64,000 nt of DNA from positions 100,853 through 164,852 of the forward strand of contig CAZPVH010000001.1 in assembly GCA_964589975.1 (NCBI GenBank). The letters run 5' to 3'. The notes under the pieces are model-generated. The model searched no databases. It was not told where the DNA came from and worked only from the letters and a program-made list of their open reading frames with translations. The position numbers and the translations under genes are program-made. Source of the stretch: an uncultured Candidatus Saccharibacteria bacterium (lineage in GTDB: Bacteria > Patescibacteriota > Minisyncoccia > Phycocordibacterales > CSBR16-119). Positions 9,578 to 19,541 of the stretch are shown here, in pieces. The first letter of the stretch is position 1; every line of letters begins with the position of its first letter.

Positions 9578-12500
9578 ATGATAGTTCCCGGAATACGGTT
9601 GAGAATTCATTTGCGAATGAAGAAGCTTTTTTCGCTTGTTCTGCTTTTTGCCTTAACGTTTTCTCCATTTACCAATCCTGTTTTTGCGGCCCCCGGCGTT
9701 CCAGAAATACTTAGCCATCAGGGACGACTTCTTGATTCCTCGGGGAATTTACTGGGCGGATCTAGTGGAACAAATTATTGCTTTAGATTCTCTTTTTACG
9801 ACGATGCAACTGTGGGTGGCGGCGATGTGAAGTTGTGGCCATTAGGTACGCCGTCAACTATGACTGCAAGTGTTGTTTCAGGGGTATTTAATGTCGGAAT
9901 CGGCGATACTGGCGCTGGCGGGGACGTGCTTGATTTTGATTTTAATTCGACGGATACTGTTTATTTAAACACCGAGGTTGCAGCGCAGATTAGCGGATCA
10001 TGCTCGGGTGTTACTTTTGAGAATCTTTCTCCTCGTCAGAGAATAAATTCTTCGGGTTTTGCCATCAACGCTTCAACCGTAGGCGGCTTTACGGCTTCTC
10101 AGTCGGCCGATGGCAATGACGTTGTGGCCCTCACTTCAGATGATCTCATTTTGGGTGGAACAAATCCTGATTTTGGTGCAACGGGAACAAACACTTTGAC
10201 TCTCCAGGGCAATGGCGCGACAGGTAATATAAATTTCTTTTCCGCATCAAATTCGCTTTCTTCGGGGGGAAACCTTGATGTGGCAGGAACCCTTCAATCC
10301 GGATCGTCAAATGTCTCACTGACGCTTGCGACAGGCTTCGTCGATGCGGACGCGCTCACACTTACCGGTGCAGCCGATGGCGGAACCGGAACCTCTTCCG
10401 GTTCGGGACTTATAGCTCGAAATGACGGCATAGGACTTCTTCAGGGCTGCAGCGACGGGCAGATTCTTAAGTGGATTGAAGCTACTGATACGTGGGATTG
10501 CGCTGCGGATAATAGTGGTGGCGGACTCACAGATTCGGATTATGGAGACATTGTCGTTTCTGGTGGAGGCGGCGTTTGGACTATCGATAACGGCGTCGTA
10601 ACCTCGGCTAAAATTGCAGACAATACTATCGCTAACGCCGACCTTGCCGCAGGAACATTCTCTAGTATCACTGGCACTGGCGCTCTCGGAGCTGGCTCCA
10701 TTACATCAGGATTTGGCGCTATTGATGTGGGAGCAGACAACATTACTACAACAGGTATAGTTTCAACTGATACGCTGACGCTTACTAACACCGGCACGTT
10801 GAATGGGCTTGATGTGATTGATGCTGCGTCGGAATCTACGATCGAAGGTGCCATCGATACACTAGCCAACCTTACGAGTATCCAAGGAAATTCTTTCACG
10901 GTTTCTGGTGCCACGACAGTCTCAGGTACCAACACGGGCGACCAGACTTCGGTTACCGGCAACGCAGGCACCGTCACCTTTGCTGATGCCGGCGGTGACA
11001 CAACAACATTCGTTGCTCTTGGAACTTCCGCCACAGGATCGCTTGCGCCAGCAACCGATGCAGGACTTACTTACAATGCCACCACAAACGCTCTTACAGC
11101 AACAACCTTCGTCGGAGGTCTTACTGGTAACGTAACTGGTAATGCCGATACGGCGACAGCACTCGCAGCCAATCCATCTGATTGCGGAGCAAATGCTTTT
11201 GCCACAACTATCGCTGCAAACGGAAATCTGACCTGCGCAAGTATCACCGATGCGGATGTGCCGAATGATATAACGATCGATTTGGCTGCGCTCGCCTCGA
11301 CCGTGACCGTTGTTGACTCAACAGACGCTACCTCTTTCATTGGCATCTACGATTCAGCGACTGGATCATTGGCGCCAAAAACTGACGGAGCTCTAACTTA
11401 TAATGCTTCGACGGGAGTACTTTCGGCAACGACTTTTGTTGGCGCGCTTACCGGAGCTGCCACAGATCTAAATTGTACGGACTGCATTGGTCCTACAGAA
11501 ATAACAGATCTTACTCTTGGAACCGATACGGCAGGAAACTATGTCGCAACCGTAACAGGCGGAGCCGGCCTCACGGGATCTGGCGCTGCCGAAGGTTCAA
11601 CCCCGACACTAGCAGTTGTCTCCGGTAACGGAGGTATTATCGCTAACGCTGACGACATCACGCTTACCGTTGCGCCGTCAGCGAATGCATTATCTTCTAC
11701 GACTTCAACAGGATCCGGTCTTGAGATTCTTTCGACCGGCATCGCGCTTCTACAAGGCTGCAGTGATGGAAATATTCTCAAGTGGGTAGAAGCGACCGAC
11801 ACATGGGACTGTTCAGTCGATAATGCCGGTGGAGGATTGTCAGATGCTGATTATGGCGATATTACGGTATCCTCATCGGGTTCAGTTTGGACTATCGATA
11901 ACGGCGTCGTAACCTCGGCTAAAATTGCAGACAATACTATCGCTAACGCCGACCTTGCCGCAGGAACATTCTCTAGTATCACTGGCACTGGCGCTCTCGG
12001 AGCTGGCTCCATTACATCAGGATTTGGCGCTATTGATGTGGGAGCAGACAACATTACTACAACAGGTATAGTTTCAACTGATACGCTGACGCTTACTAAC
12101 ACCGGCACGTTGAATGGGCTTGATGTGATTGATGCGACCGGCGAAGCAACTCTCGAGGGCGCGCTCGATATTGCTGGAGATATTGACGGGACTGGTCTTA
12201 CGGCGGTGGACCTCGATGAAGCTGCCGTAGAGGCCGAACTCGAAGCAGTGCTTGATCTTGCTGATATGCAGGGCGCGGTCACAGATGCTCAGGTTCCTGA
12301 CAATATAACGGTTGACTCTGCTACCACAGCGGGAACAGTTACTTTTGCAGACGCCGGCGGAGATACAACGACATTCGTCGCACTCGGAACCTCTGCAACG
12401 GGTTCACTTGCGCCTGCAACTGATGCAGGTCTTACATATAACGCGACGACGAATGCGCTTACGGCAACAACATTTGTTGGAGGACTTACAGGAAATGTTA

Positions 12501-15500
12501 CTGGTAATGCCGATACGGCCACAGCTCTCGCGGCGAACCCAACAGACTGCGGAGCGAATACTTTTGCGACAACTATTGCCGCTAACGGAAATCTTACATG
12601 TGCCTCGATTTTGGATGCAGATGTACCAAACAACATCACAATAGACCTTGCAACCCTTGCTTCGACCGTAACTGTTGTAGACGGAACAGATTCGACCTCG
12701 TTCGTTGCAATATTTGATTCTGCAACTGGATCACTTGCTGCCAAGACTGATGGCGGTCTTCTTTATGATGCTTCGACAGGCACTTTGACCGCAACAGTTC
12801 TCTCGACAGACACGCTTACGCTCACTGGTACTGGAACAATCAACGGACTTGACGTGATAGACGCGACTTCGGAATCGACAATCGAAGCCGCGCTCGATAC
12901 GCTTTCGAACGTTACGACTGTCGGTACGCTCAACGCAGGCTCGATCACTTCCGGATTCGGTGCGATCGATGTTGGCACTGACAGTATTACCACCACTGGA
13001 ACTATCGGTTCAACCGGTAGTGCAAAGTTTACCGGAGACACGGCTACTCTATCGGGAGCAATTGCTGCAAATGGTGGAATCACTTTCGATAACTCTACAG
13101 ATACTTTGGGTGCTTTCACGGCGGGTGGAACTATCGATATGAATACTCAAATTCTCGCCGGTAGCACAGGTAGAATCGATTACACAAATTTTGATGTTGG
13201 CGCCACAGGAAATACGGATATCGGCGGGACAATTACAGCTGGTTCAGGAAATGAGGCTATTACTTTGTCTACGGGTAAAATAGATGCTGACGCAATAAGT
13301 CTCGTAACTGCAACAGATGGCCTTACTGGAACATCTTCAGCTTCGGGGCTTGCCACGTATTCTGACACATTGTCGCTTCTCCAAGGGTGCAGCGACGGCC
13401 AGGTTTTAGCTTGGGTGGAGTCGACTGATACGTGGGACTGTACGACAGTTAGCGCCGGTTCTGGAGACATAACTTCCGTTGGTGATGTTGCTTCGGGGGC
13501 CGCGTTTGACGGTACACAAGGCACAACGCTTACGTTTAATGACACCGATGGAGACAAGACGTTTAAATATGATACGACAAACAATTGGTTCGAGCTCAAT
13601 GATAATATCGCCATAGGCTCTGCTGGTGTTCTTATGACAGATGACGGTGACGGTGCGCTAACGCTTCTTGGTATGGGAGATGGTTCTGACGAAGATTTGA
13701 CGATAAATCTTGACGACACCTCGAATACGGTAGTGGTCTCTTCTTCAACAGGTGTCACTAATATGACATTTACATCGATCGGTGCGACGTTTGGAAGTGA
13801 CGTTACTTTAAATACTCAAAGCGACTTACGTTTGGCCGATTCAGACAGCTCGAATTGGGTGGCATTCCAGGCGCCGGCAACCGTTGGATCAAACATTACT
13901 TGGACACTTCCATCTGCTGACGCAGAAGGTTGTTTTAAATCAAATGGCTCCGGAACAGTTTCAATAGGATCTTGTGGAGATACTAAAATACAGACATATA
14001 CCGCTGATGATACGTGGACTAAACCGTCTGACGCTCTTTTGGTTATTGTCCAAGGGTGGGGCGGAGGCGGAGGCGGAGGCGGAGGAACCGGCGGCTCAAC
14101 TGCTGCTACTCGTTCTGGCGGAGGCGGAGGTGGAGGCGGCGCATATAATCAAAAAATAATTTCAGCTAGTGATCTTGCTAGTAGTGTGAGCGTTGAAGTG
14201 GGTGACGGTGGAACAGCTGGTACAGCAGGATCTAGTGGCGTCGGTGGTGTGGGAGGTTCGGGCGGAAGTACTTGTTTTAGCTCATCAGCAGCATGTGGTG
14301 GAACTAATTACTTCATTACTCGTGCTGGCGGAGGAGGTTCTGGATCTGGTACGGCAGGAAACGGCGGAGGCGGAGGCGGAGGCCTCGGTTCTGCCGGTGC
14401 TGTCGGTTCGGGCGCTACGGGAGGCTCTGGCGGTACACCAGCCGGCGCCTCAGATGCTTCTACGGATGGATTTGCGGGAGGCGGAGGAGGAAACTCAGGT
14501 ACTTCTGCTGGAGCGTCTGCCGGTAATTTGGCTGCTTGGGGCGGAGGTGGCGGGGGTGCTTCTACCACAGCGGGAGGCGCGGTTTCTGGTGAAGGAGGAA
14601 GTGCAATTCGCGGTGCCGGAGCCGGCGGCGGAGGTGGAAGTAATCCATCTGGCTGTGCTTCTTTCCGGGGAGGAGGAGACGGAGGAGCTAGCTCTTCCGG
14701 AGCATTGGGTGGCGGTGGAACAGGAGCGCTTGCGCAAGGAATAAATGGTGGTGCTGGAGCTGATAGCACTATATCGAGCCAAAATGGCGGTTCCGGCGGC
14801 GGCGGTGCGGCAAGTCATTGTTCGGGTACCGGGGGAACAGGGGGTGCTGGAGGTATTCCGGGTGGCGGAGGTGGCGGAGGCGGCGCTGGTGCGACCACAA
14901 CAGGTGGTGCCGGAGGAGTTGGTGCTCGCGGTGAATTGCAAGTCTGGACACTTCGGGGGGCGGGTGCCGACCTTGCTGAAATATATGCTACAAACGAGAT
15001 AGATATTGGTCCTGGCGATCTTGTTTCTATTGATCCAGAAATGAATGCCGGAGTCAAAAAGACTAACAAAAAATATGATCACATGGCGATTGGAGTAGTT
15101 TCAACAGAGCCGGGACTAACGATCGGTAATATGGATGAGGATCCGAATGCGTTCCAGCCAGTGCTTATTGCGCTTGCTGGGCGCGTGCCAATGAAGGTTA
15201 ATCTTGAGAATGGCCCGATTGTAAAAGGAGATCTTCTTACCCCGTCATCTGTTCCGGGTGTTGCCATGAAGGCGACAAAGGCGGGTATCGTCGTGGGTCA
15301 ATCAATGACTGACTACAACGGCGATATGCCAACGCAGATTGAATTGGGCTACGGCTATGTTGTTGCCTTTATTAAGAATGCATACAGTAATGGTTCAAAG
15401 CTTGCTGATATCTTGCCTGGACTTACGACCGCCGAAGAAGATGATATTCCGGAAGGAGATATATCTCAAACTTATCCAATAAATAGACAAGCGCTCGAGT

Positions 15501-16753
15501 ATTTCTTGGCTCACCGCGCGGAGCTTGGTCCGGAAACAGAACTTTCTGAAATCTATACAGATCGCCTAAGCGCCGGTCTTGAAGTCATCACTCCGACCTT
15601 GATTGCCGACTCTGTTGAAACTCATACCATATCATCGTCCCATGAGACCGGTGAGGTCCGTGTAGTGCTTGGCGAGACTGGTAAATTTATAATTGGTGGT
15701 GAGGTTGTTTCACTAGAAGACGATGAAGAGTCAGAATCATCTGCAAGTGTTCAAATTGATGCAAGCGGGAATGCTTACTTTGCCGGTACAGTTACGGCAA
15801 AGAATGTCGTAGCTGAAACTATTTCAGGACTTGAGGTATATACGAACAAAATTTCATCGCTCTCTGAGGCGGTTGAGACCGGATCAGCGAACAGCTCCGC
15901 GGATTTTTTGGAGCTAAATGGCAGAATTGGAACACTTGAGGAGCAGGCTGCTAACATTGCCGAGAACACGGCTGATACCCTAGAAGAAATTGAAACGGTA
16001 ATCGATGGTATTCTGGCTGGCGGTTACGCCATTAGTTTGTCAGATGTTGACATATCAGGCGCACTTAATGTAACCGAGCTTTCTACTTTGAGTGGAGGGC
16101 TTGCGGTCAATAGTATATCAGCCGTTGCGTCAGTTGACGGTCCCGAAGCGATGCTGTCTCTTATGAGCGACACAGAGTTTTTTGGTCGCCCGTACTTCAA
16201 TGCCGATACTGCAGGTTTTGCGGTGATTCTGGCTGGGGCGCGATCGGTAGAAATTTCATTTACAGAACCATACTTGACCCAACCGGTCGTGAGCGCAGAC
16301 ATATCTCTTGAACAGCAGGATGAAGAAGAGGATAATTTTGATCTAGAAGAGTCATTTTTTGCCGCGGGTATCGACTATGTTGTGACGCGTAAAAGTCCGG
16401 GGGGATTCACCATAGTTCTAAATCATCCTGCTCCTATGGATCTCAAGTTCTCTTGGATTGCCCTCGCTGTCAAAGATGCCCTAACACTTGTAAGCGAGCC
16501 ATCGGTACTAGATACCACATCTGATTTGGAAGAACCCGAACCCATGTCTGACCCAGACAATCAAGAACCTGAAGAATTATTGCCAGAAAATGAGACGGTA
16601 ATTCCTCAGGATGATGAATACGTGCCAGAAGAACTACCACCGCCAACCACTGAAACCATATCCGAAGGTGGGGAAAACCTGATTGAGGTGTCAGAACCCT
16701 CTACAGAACCTTCGGATTCAGGAGAAAGTATTATATCGGAACCACCGCTTTAA
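9578..16753 (+). CDS. Giant secreted fibre/adhesin-like protein (2391 aa; alternative start 9617)
   Basis: Signal peptide; N-terminal LSHQGRLLDSSG...FRFSFYD domain; T/G/A/D-rich internal repeats; glycine-rich domain ~13985-14950; GADLAEIY...GVVST...IALAGRVP.KV..ENGPI..GDLLT domain ~14960-15370; coiled coil; acidic Pro/Glu tail. Confidence 0.85.
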   Translation: MIVPGIRLRIHLRMKKLFSLVLLFALTFSPFTNPVFAAPGVPEILSHQGRLLDSSGNLLGGSSGTNYCFRFSFYDDATVGGGDVKLWPLGTPSTMTASVVSGVFNVGIGDTGAGGDVLDFDFNSTDTVYLNTEVAAQISGSCSGVTFENLSPRQRINSSGFAINASTVGGFTASQSADGNDVVALTSDDLILGGTNPDFGATGTNTLTLQGNGATGNINFFSASNSLSSGGNLDVAGTLQSGSSNVSLTLATGFVDADALTLTGAADGGTGTSSGSGLIARNDGIGLLQGCSDGQILKWIEATDTWDCAADNSGGGLTDSDYGDIVVSGGGGVWTIDNGVVTSAKIADNTIANADLAAGTFSSITGTGALGAGSITSGFGAIDVGADNITTTGIVSTDTLTLTNTGTLNGLDVIDAASESTIEGAIDTLANLTSIQGNSFTVSGATTVSGTNTGDQTSVTGNAGTVTFADAGGDTTTFVALGTSATGSLAPATDAGLTYNATTNALTATTFVGGLTGNVTGNADTATALAANPSDCGANAFATTIAANGNLTCASITDADVPNDITIDLAALASTVTVVDSTDATSFIGIYDSATGSLAPKTDGALTYNASTGVLSATTFVGALTGAATDLNCTDCIGPTEITDLTLGTDTAGNYVATVTGGAGLTGSGAAEGSTPTLAVVSGNGGIIANADDITLTVAPSANALSSTTSTGSGLEILSTGIALLQGCSDGNILKWVEATDTWDCSVDNAGGGLSDADYGDITVSSSGSVWTIDNGVVTSAKIADNTIANADLAAGTFSSITGTGALGAGSITSGFGAIDVGADNITTTGIVSTDTLTLTNTGTLNGLDVIDATGEATLEGALDIAGDIDGTGLTAVDLDEAAVEAELEAVLDLADMQGAVTDAQVPDNITVDSATTAGTVTFADAGGDTTTFVALGTSATGSLAPATDAGLTYNATTNALTATTFVGGLTGNVTGNADTATALAANPTDCGANTFATTIAANGNLTCASILDADVPNNITIDLATLASTVTVVDGTDSTSFVAIFDSATGSLAAKTDGGLLYDASTGTLTATVLSTDTLTLTGTGTINGLDVIDATSESTIEAALDTLSNVTTVGTLNAGSITSGFGAIDVGTDSITTTGTIGSTGSAKFTGDTATLSGAIAANGGITFDNSTDTLGAFTAGGTIDMNTQILAGSTGRIDYTNFDVGATGNTDIGGTITAGSGNEAITLSTGKIDADAISLVTATDGLTGTSSASGLATYSDTLSLLQGCSDGQVLAWVESTDTWDCTTVSAGSGDITSVGDVASGAAFDGTQGTTLTFNDTDGDKTFKYDTTNNWFELNDNIAIGSAGVLMTDDGDGALTLLGMGDGSDEDLTINLDDTSNTVVVSSSTGVTNMTFTSIGATFGSDVTLNTQSDLRLADSDSSNWVAFQAPATVGSNITWTLPSADAEGCFKSNGSGTVSIGSCGDTKIQTYTADDTWTKPSDALLVIVQGWGGGGGGGGGTGGSTAATRSGGGGGGGGAYNQKIISASDLASSVSVEVGDGGTAGTAGSSGVGGVGGSGGSTCFSSSAACGGTNYFITRAGGGGSGSGTAGNGGGGGGGLGSAGAVGSGATGGSGGTPAGASDASTDGFAGGGGGNSGTSAGASAGNLAAWGGGGGGASTTAGGAVSGEGGSAIRGAGAGGGGGSNPSGCASFRGGGDGGASSSGALGGGGTGALAQGINGGAGADSTISSQNGGSGGGGAASHCSGTGGTGGAGGIPGGGGGGGGAGATTTGGAGGVGARGELQVWTLRGAGADLAEIYATNEIDIGPGDLVSIDPEMNAGVKKTNKKYDHMAIGVVSTEPGLTIGNMDEDPNAFQPVLIALAGRVPMKVNLENGPIVKGDLLTPSSVPGVAMKATKAGIVVGQSMTDYNGDMPTQIELGYGYVVAFIKNAYSNGSKLADILPGLTTAEEDDIPEGDISQTYPINRQALEYFLAHRAELGPETELSEIYTDRLSAGLEVITPTLIADSVETHTISSSHETGEVRVVLGETGKFIIGGEVVSLEDDEESESSASVQIDASGNAYFAGTVTAKNVVAETISGLEVYTNKISSLSEAVETGSANSSADFLELNGRIGTLEEQAANIAENTADTLEEIETVIDGILAGGYAISLSDVDISGALNVTELSTLSGGLAVNSISAVASVDGPEAMLSLMSDTEFFGRPYFNADTAGFAVILAGARSVEISFTEPYLTQPVVSADISLEQQDEEEDNFDLEESFFAAGIDYVVTRKSPGGFTIVLNHPAPMDLKFSWIALAVKDALTLVSEPSVLDTTSDLEEPEPMSDPDNQEPEELLPENETVIPQDDEYVPEELPPPTTETISEGGENLIEVSEPSTEPSDSGESIISEPPL
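10574..10824 (+). repeat. 251-bp direct repeat, copy 1 (identical to 11885..12135)
   Basis: Base-by-base comparison GTTTGGACTATCGATAAC...GATGTGATTGATGC showed no difference. Confidence 0.9.
10964..11176 (+). repeat. 71-codon repeat, copy 1 (protein-identical to 12329..12541, DNA diverged)
   Basis: AGTVTFADAGGDTTTF...TATALAANP is identical in protein; about 44 of 71 codons differ synonymously by manual count. Confidence 0.9.
11885..12135 (+). repeat. 251-bp direct repeat, copy 2
   Basis: Identical to 10574..10824. Confidence 0.9.
12329..12541 (+). repeat. 71-codon repeat, copy 2
   Basis: Protein-identical to 10964..11176. Confidence 0.9.
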
Positions 16754-16824
16754 TTTTCAACTTGTTTTTGCGTGGCGCGTACTTATAATATAGGGGTCAG
16801 CAATTAGCTAAACATTAAAATATT

Positions 16825-17307
16825 ATGCCAAAAGAATCAGTAGAAACTTTGTCTTCAAGAACAGCGGTTAAAAAATCTGGTAATGCTATGAATAAAGTTC
16901 TCGGGGCGATCGTCATTATCCTTGGAGGTCTTGCCTTTTATTTCTATATGCAATACAGCAACTTGCAAGAAAATCCCAGCGCCGACGCTGAGGCGGAGGT
17001 AAATGAATTAGTTGCCCAGGTGGGAAAATTGATTGTTTTGCCGGAGGAGAGGCCGACGGTTGCAACTGTGACAGACGTAGAGAAGCTTAAAGATCAGCCA
17101 TTTTTCGCTAAGGCCAAAAATGGAGACAAGGTGTTAATATTTACGCAGTCAAAGAAGGCTATACTTTTTGATCCGGCAGCTAATAAGATAATAGAAGTTG
17201 CGCCAATAAATATAGGCGATTCGGCCAAGACCCAGGTCAAGGCCGCCCCAGTCGCGCCTGCACCAGCGCAGAGTTCCGAGTCTGAGACAACAAATACAAA
17301 TCCATAA
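16825..17307 (+). CDS. Single-TM membrane-anchored hypothetical protein
   Basis: One TM helix, then ELVAQVGKLIVLPEERPTVATVTD..KLKDQPFF..AKNGDKVLIF. Confidence 0.75.
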   Translation: MPKESVETLSSRTAVKKSGNAMNKVLGAIVIILGGLAFYFYMQYSNLQENPSADAEAEVNELVAQVGKLIVLPEERPTVATVTDVEKLKDQPFFAKAKNGDKVLIFTQSKKAILFDPAANKIIEVAPINIGDSAKTQVKAAPVAPAPAQSSESETTNTNP

Positions 17308-17356
17308 ATCTTAATCGCACGAGCCCCAGTGGGGGCTTTTGTGTTAAAATATTTAT

Positions 17357-18661
17357 ATGTATAAGAGTTTTTCCTCTGCTCTCAAAATTGGCATTTTATT
17401 TTCTATTTTCGCGATTTCTTTTGGAATTGCTTTGGCGGCAGATTTTACAAGTTCGAGCTTTATTGTGCGCGATCCGGTTATTTTGTCTGGCTCGGGTTAT
17501 TCTTCAAGCGCAAGTTTTCAATATTTCGGAAGCCTCGGTCAGACTGCGATCGGCGCTTCGGCAAGTGGCGGTTTTATTGAGCGTTCAGGATTCTTGTATT
17601 TCTCGGTGGTGACTAGTCCAGTTCTTTCGGGTACGGCTGGAAATGCGTCGGTGTCCCTTTCTTGGACCGCTTCTAATGCTAGCCTCGGTCACACTGTTAC
17701 ATCGTATGAGGTTGGCGTTTCTAGCACGTCTGGCTCGGGGTACTCGTATACAAATGTTGGGAATACGCTGTCTTCTAGCCAGACCGGTCTTTCAAACGGG
17801 ACTACATATTATTTCATTGTGAGAACTCTCGACTCGTTAGGAGATGTGATAGCCACATCAAATGAGGTATTTGCTACGCCGACTGCTACTGGTGGCGGAG
17901 GTGGCGGAGGAAGTGGCGGTTCGTCAACTGGAGTCACTTTCTCAGGGTATGCGTTTCCACTTAGCGAAGTTACGATATTGAAAGACGGAGTAGTATCGCT
18001 TAAAACCATTGCTGGCGGTGATGCTAGGTTCTCAGTTCGACTTTCTCGCCTCGATTCCGGATCGTACAATTTTGCTGTTTATGGCACAGACAAAGATGGT
18101 CTGAAATCAACTTCGTTCAGTTTTCCAATAACTATCAATGAGGGCGATTCGGCGACCGTCTCTGGAATATTCCTAACACCGACTATAGAAGTTGATCTGG
18201 CTCAGGTTCGCAAAGGAGACGATATTGTCATATTCGGACAAACAACGCCAGAATCTGAGGTTACTATTGAGGTTAATTCCGAAACGCCGCATTTTGCTGA
18301 AACAGAGTCAAATGACGATGGGGTGTATCTTTATAATTTCAACACCGCACCGCTCGAGATGGGAAATCATAATACTAAGTCAAAATCGCTGCTCGATAAT
18401 GGTCAATCTTCCGGATACGGCAGACAGGTGGCGTTCGTCGTTGGAACAGAAAACATTCCGAAGGAGATTGACACAGGGTCATGCAATGCGGATTTGAACT
18501 CCGATGCAAAAATTAACCTAGTCGATTTCTCAATTGCCGCTTTTTGGTACACGAAAACACTTACCGGAGATATTGTTTCAAAAGAAGCTGACTGTTTGAA
18601 TGGTGATGGCGTCATCAATCTGGTCGATTTCTCGATAATTGCTTATTACTGGACAGGATAG
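17357..18661 (+). CDS. Secreted protein with FN3 and Ig-like domains and a C-terminal dockerin-like domain
   Basis: FN3 (VSLSWTA...YEV...GLSNGTTYYFIV); duplicated Ca-loop repeats ADLNSDAKINLVDFSI and CLNGDGVINLVDFSI. Confidence 0.8.
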   Translation: MYKSFSSALKIGILFSIFAISFGIALAADFTSSSFIVRDPVILSGSGYSSSASFQYFGSLGQTAIGASASGGFIERSGFLYFSVVTSPVLSGTAGNASVSLSWTASNASLGHTVTSYEVGVSSTSGSGYSYTNVGNTLSSSQTGLSNGTTYYFIVRTLDSLGDVIATSNEVFATPTATGGGGGGGSGGSSTGVTFSGYAFPLSEVTILKDGVVSLKTIAGGDARFSVRLSRLDSGSYNFAVYGTDKDGLKSTSFSFPITINEGDSATVSGIFLTPTIEVDLAQVRKGDDIVIFGQTTPESEVTIEVNSETPHFAETESNDDGVYLYNFNTAPLEMGNHNTKSKSLLDNGQSSGYGRQVAFVVGTENIPKEIDTGSCNADLNSDAKINLVDFSIAAFWYTKTLTGDIVSKEADCLNGDGVINLVDFSIIAYYWTG

Positions 18662-18662
18662 T

Positions 18663-19541
18663 ATGAAATATATCTACAGGATAACTATTATTTGCGCTTT
18701 GCTTCTTCTTTCAAATTCGGTTTTTGCCGGAACGGTAGCGATTACTAAGCTTCTACCGGCAACCAACGACTTAAAGGTTGGGGACGAGGTATTGATTGAG
18801 CTTGATCTGGTCTCTGGCGGGACTCAGTATAATGCTATCGAGGGTTCGCTTTTTGTCTCGCCAATTTTCGAGATCAATAAAGTCATAACCGGCAACTCTT
18901 TTGTCTCGGTTTGGTTAAATAGTCCATCAGTTTTTGAAGGAAATACGATTAACTTCTCTGGCATAGCTCCGGCGGGATACAACAAAGAAGTCGGCCCGAT
19001 ATTTTCGCTTATCTTGTTGTCAAAAGATGTTGGATCCGGAACCGTTGCTCTTAAGAACGTAGGAATTTTTAAGAATGACGGCCTCGGTACAAGAGAAAAT
19101 ATCGCCGAAAAGTCATTTGCTCTTTCTGTTAGGGCCGCGACAGAAGACGAGATCCCATATCTGGTGAGCGTGAAAGATGAGACACCACCAGAAGAATTTA
19201 ACATAGAGCTTGTTAAAGACCCCGGATTATACGGAGGTTGGTATGCCATCGTTTGGAGCGCACTAGATAAAGGATCTGGTATTAAGTCGTACGATGTATT
19301 GGAGGGCCGACGTGTTTTTAAACAGGCAGAGAGCCCGTATGTCTTGGAGAAACAGTCATTAGGTGGGAAAATATATGTTAAGGCATACGACTATGAGGGC
19401 AATGTCCGTACGGCGGTATTTACGCCTCCTGGCAAGTTCTGCGCTGGTGATTCATGCTTCGGCAGGGGGTATGTGGCGGGTATGGTTATTATCGTTGTGG
19501 CGGGTATCTATCTTATATGGCGAAAAAAGAAACGCGCATGA
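18663..19541 (+). CDS. Cohesin-like domain protein with C-terminal TM anchor
   Basis: Signal peptide; KVGDEVLIEL...NAIEGSL...GNSFVSVW...INFSGI.PAGY...KNDGLGT; DETPPE Ig-like domain; terminal TM + WRKKKR. Start chosen 1 nt after the upstream stop. Confidence 0.7.
   Translation: MKYIYRITIICALLLLSNSVFAGTVAITKLLPATNDLKVGDEVLIELDLVSGGTQYNAIEGSLFVSPIFEINKVITGNSFVSVWLNSPSVFEGNTINFSGIAPAGYNKEVGPIFSLILLSKDVGSGTVALKNVGIFKNDGLGTRENIAEKSFALSVRAATEDEIPYLVSVKDETPPEEFNIELVKDPGLYGGWYAIVWSALDKGSGIKSYDVLEGRRVFKQAESPYVLEKQSLGGKIYVKAYDYEGNVRTAVFTPPGKFCAGDSCFGRGYVAGMVIIVVAGIYLIWRKKKRA

Noticed and set aside
10540-16302. Long antisense ORFs inside the giant gene and the Gly-rich genes (e.g. poly-Pro frames)
   Set aside because: These are shadows of GGN/ACN/GCN-rich codons with few antisense stops; they show no independent signals.
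9578-16753. Prophage tail gene
   Set aside because: The protein has a signal peptide, lies next to murJ and surface genes, and no terminase, capsid, portal or integrase is present.
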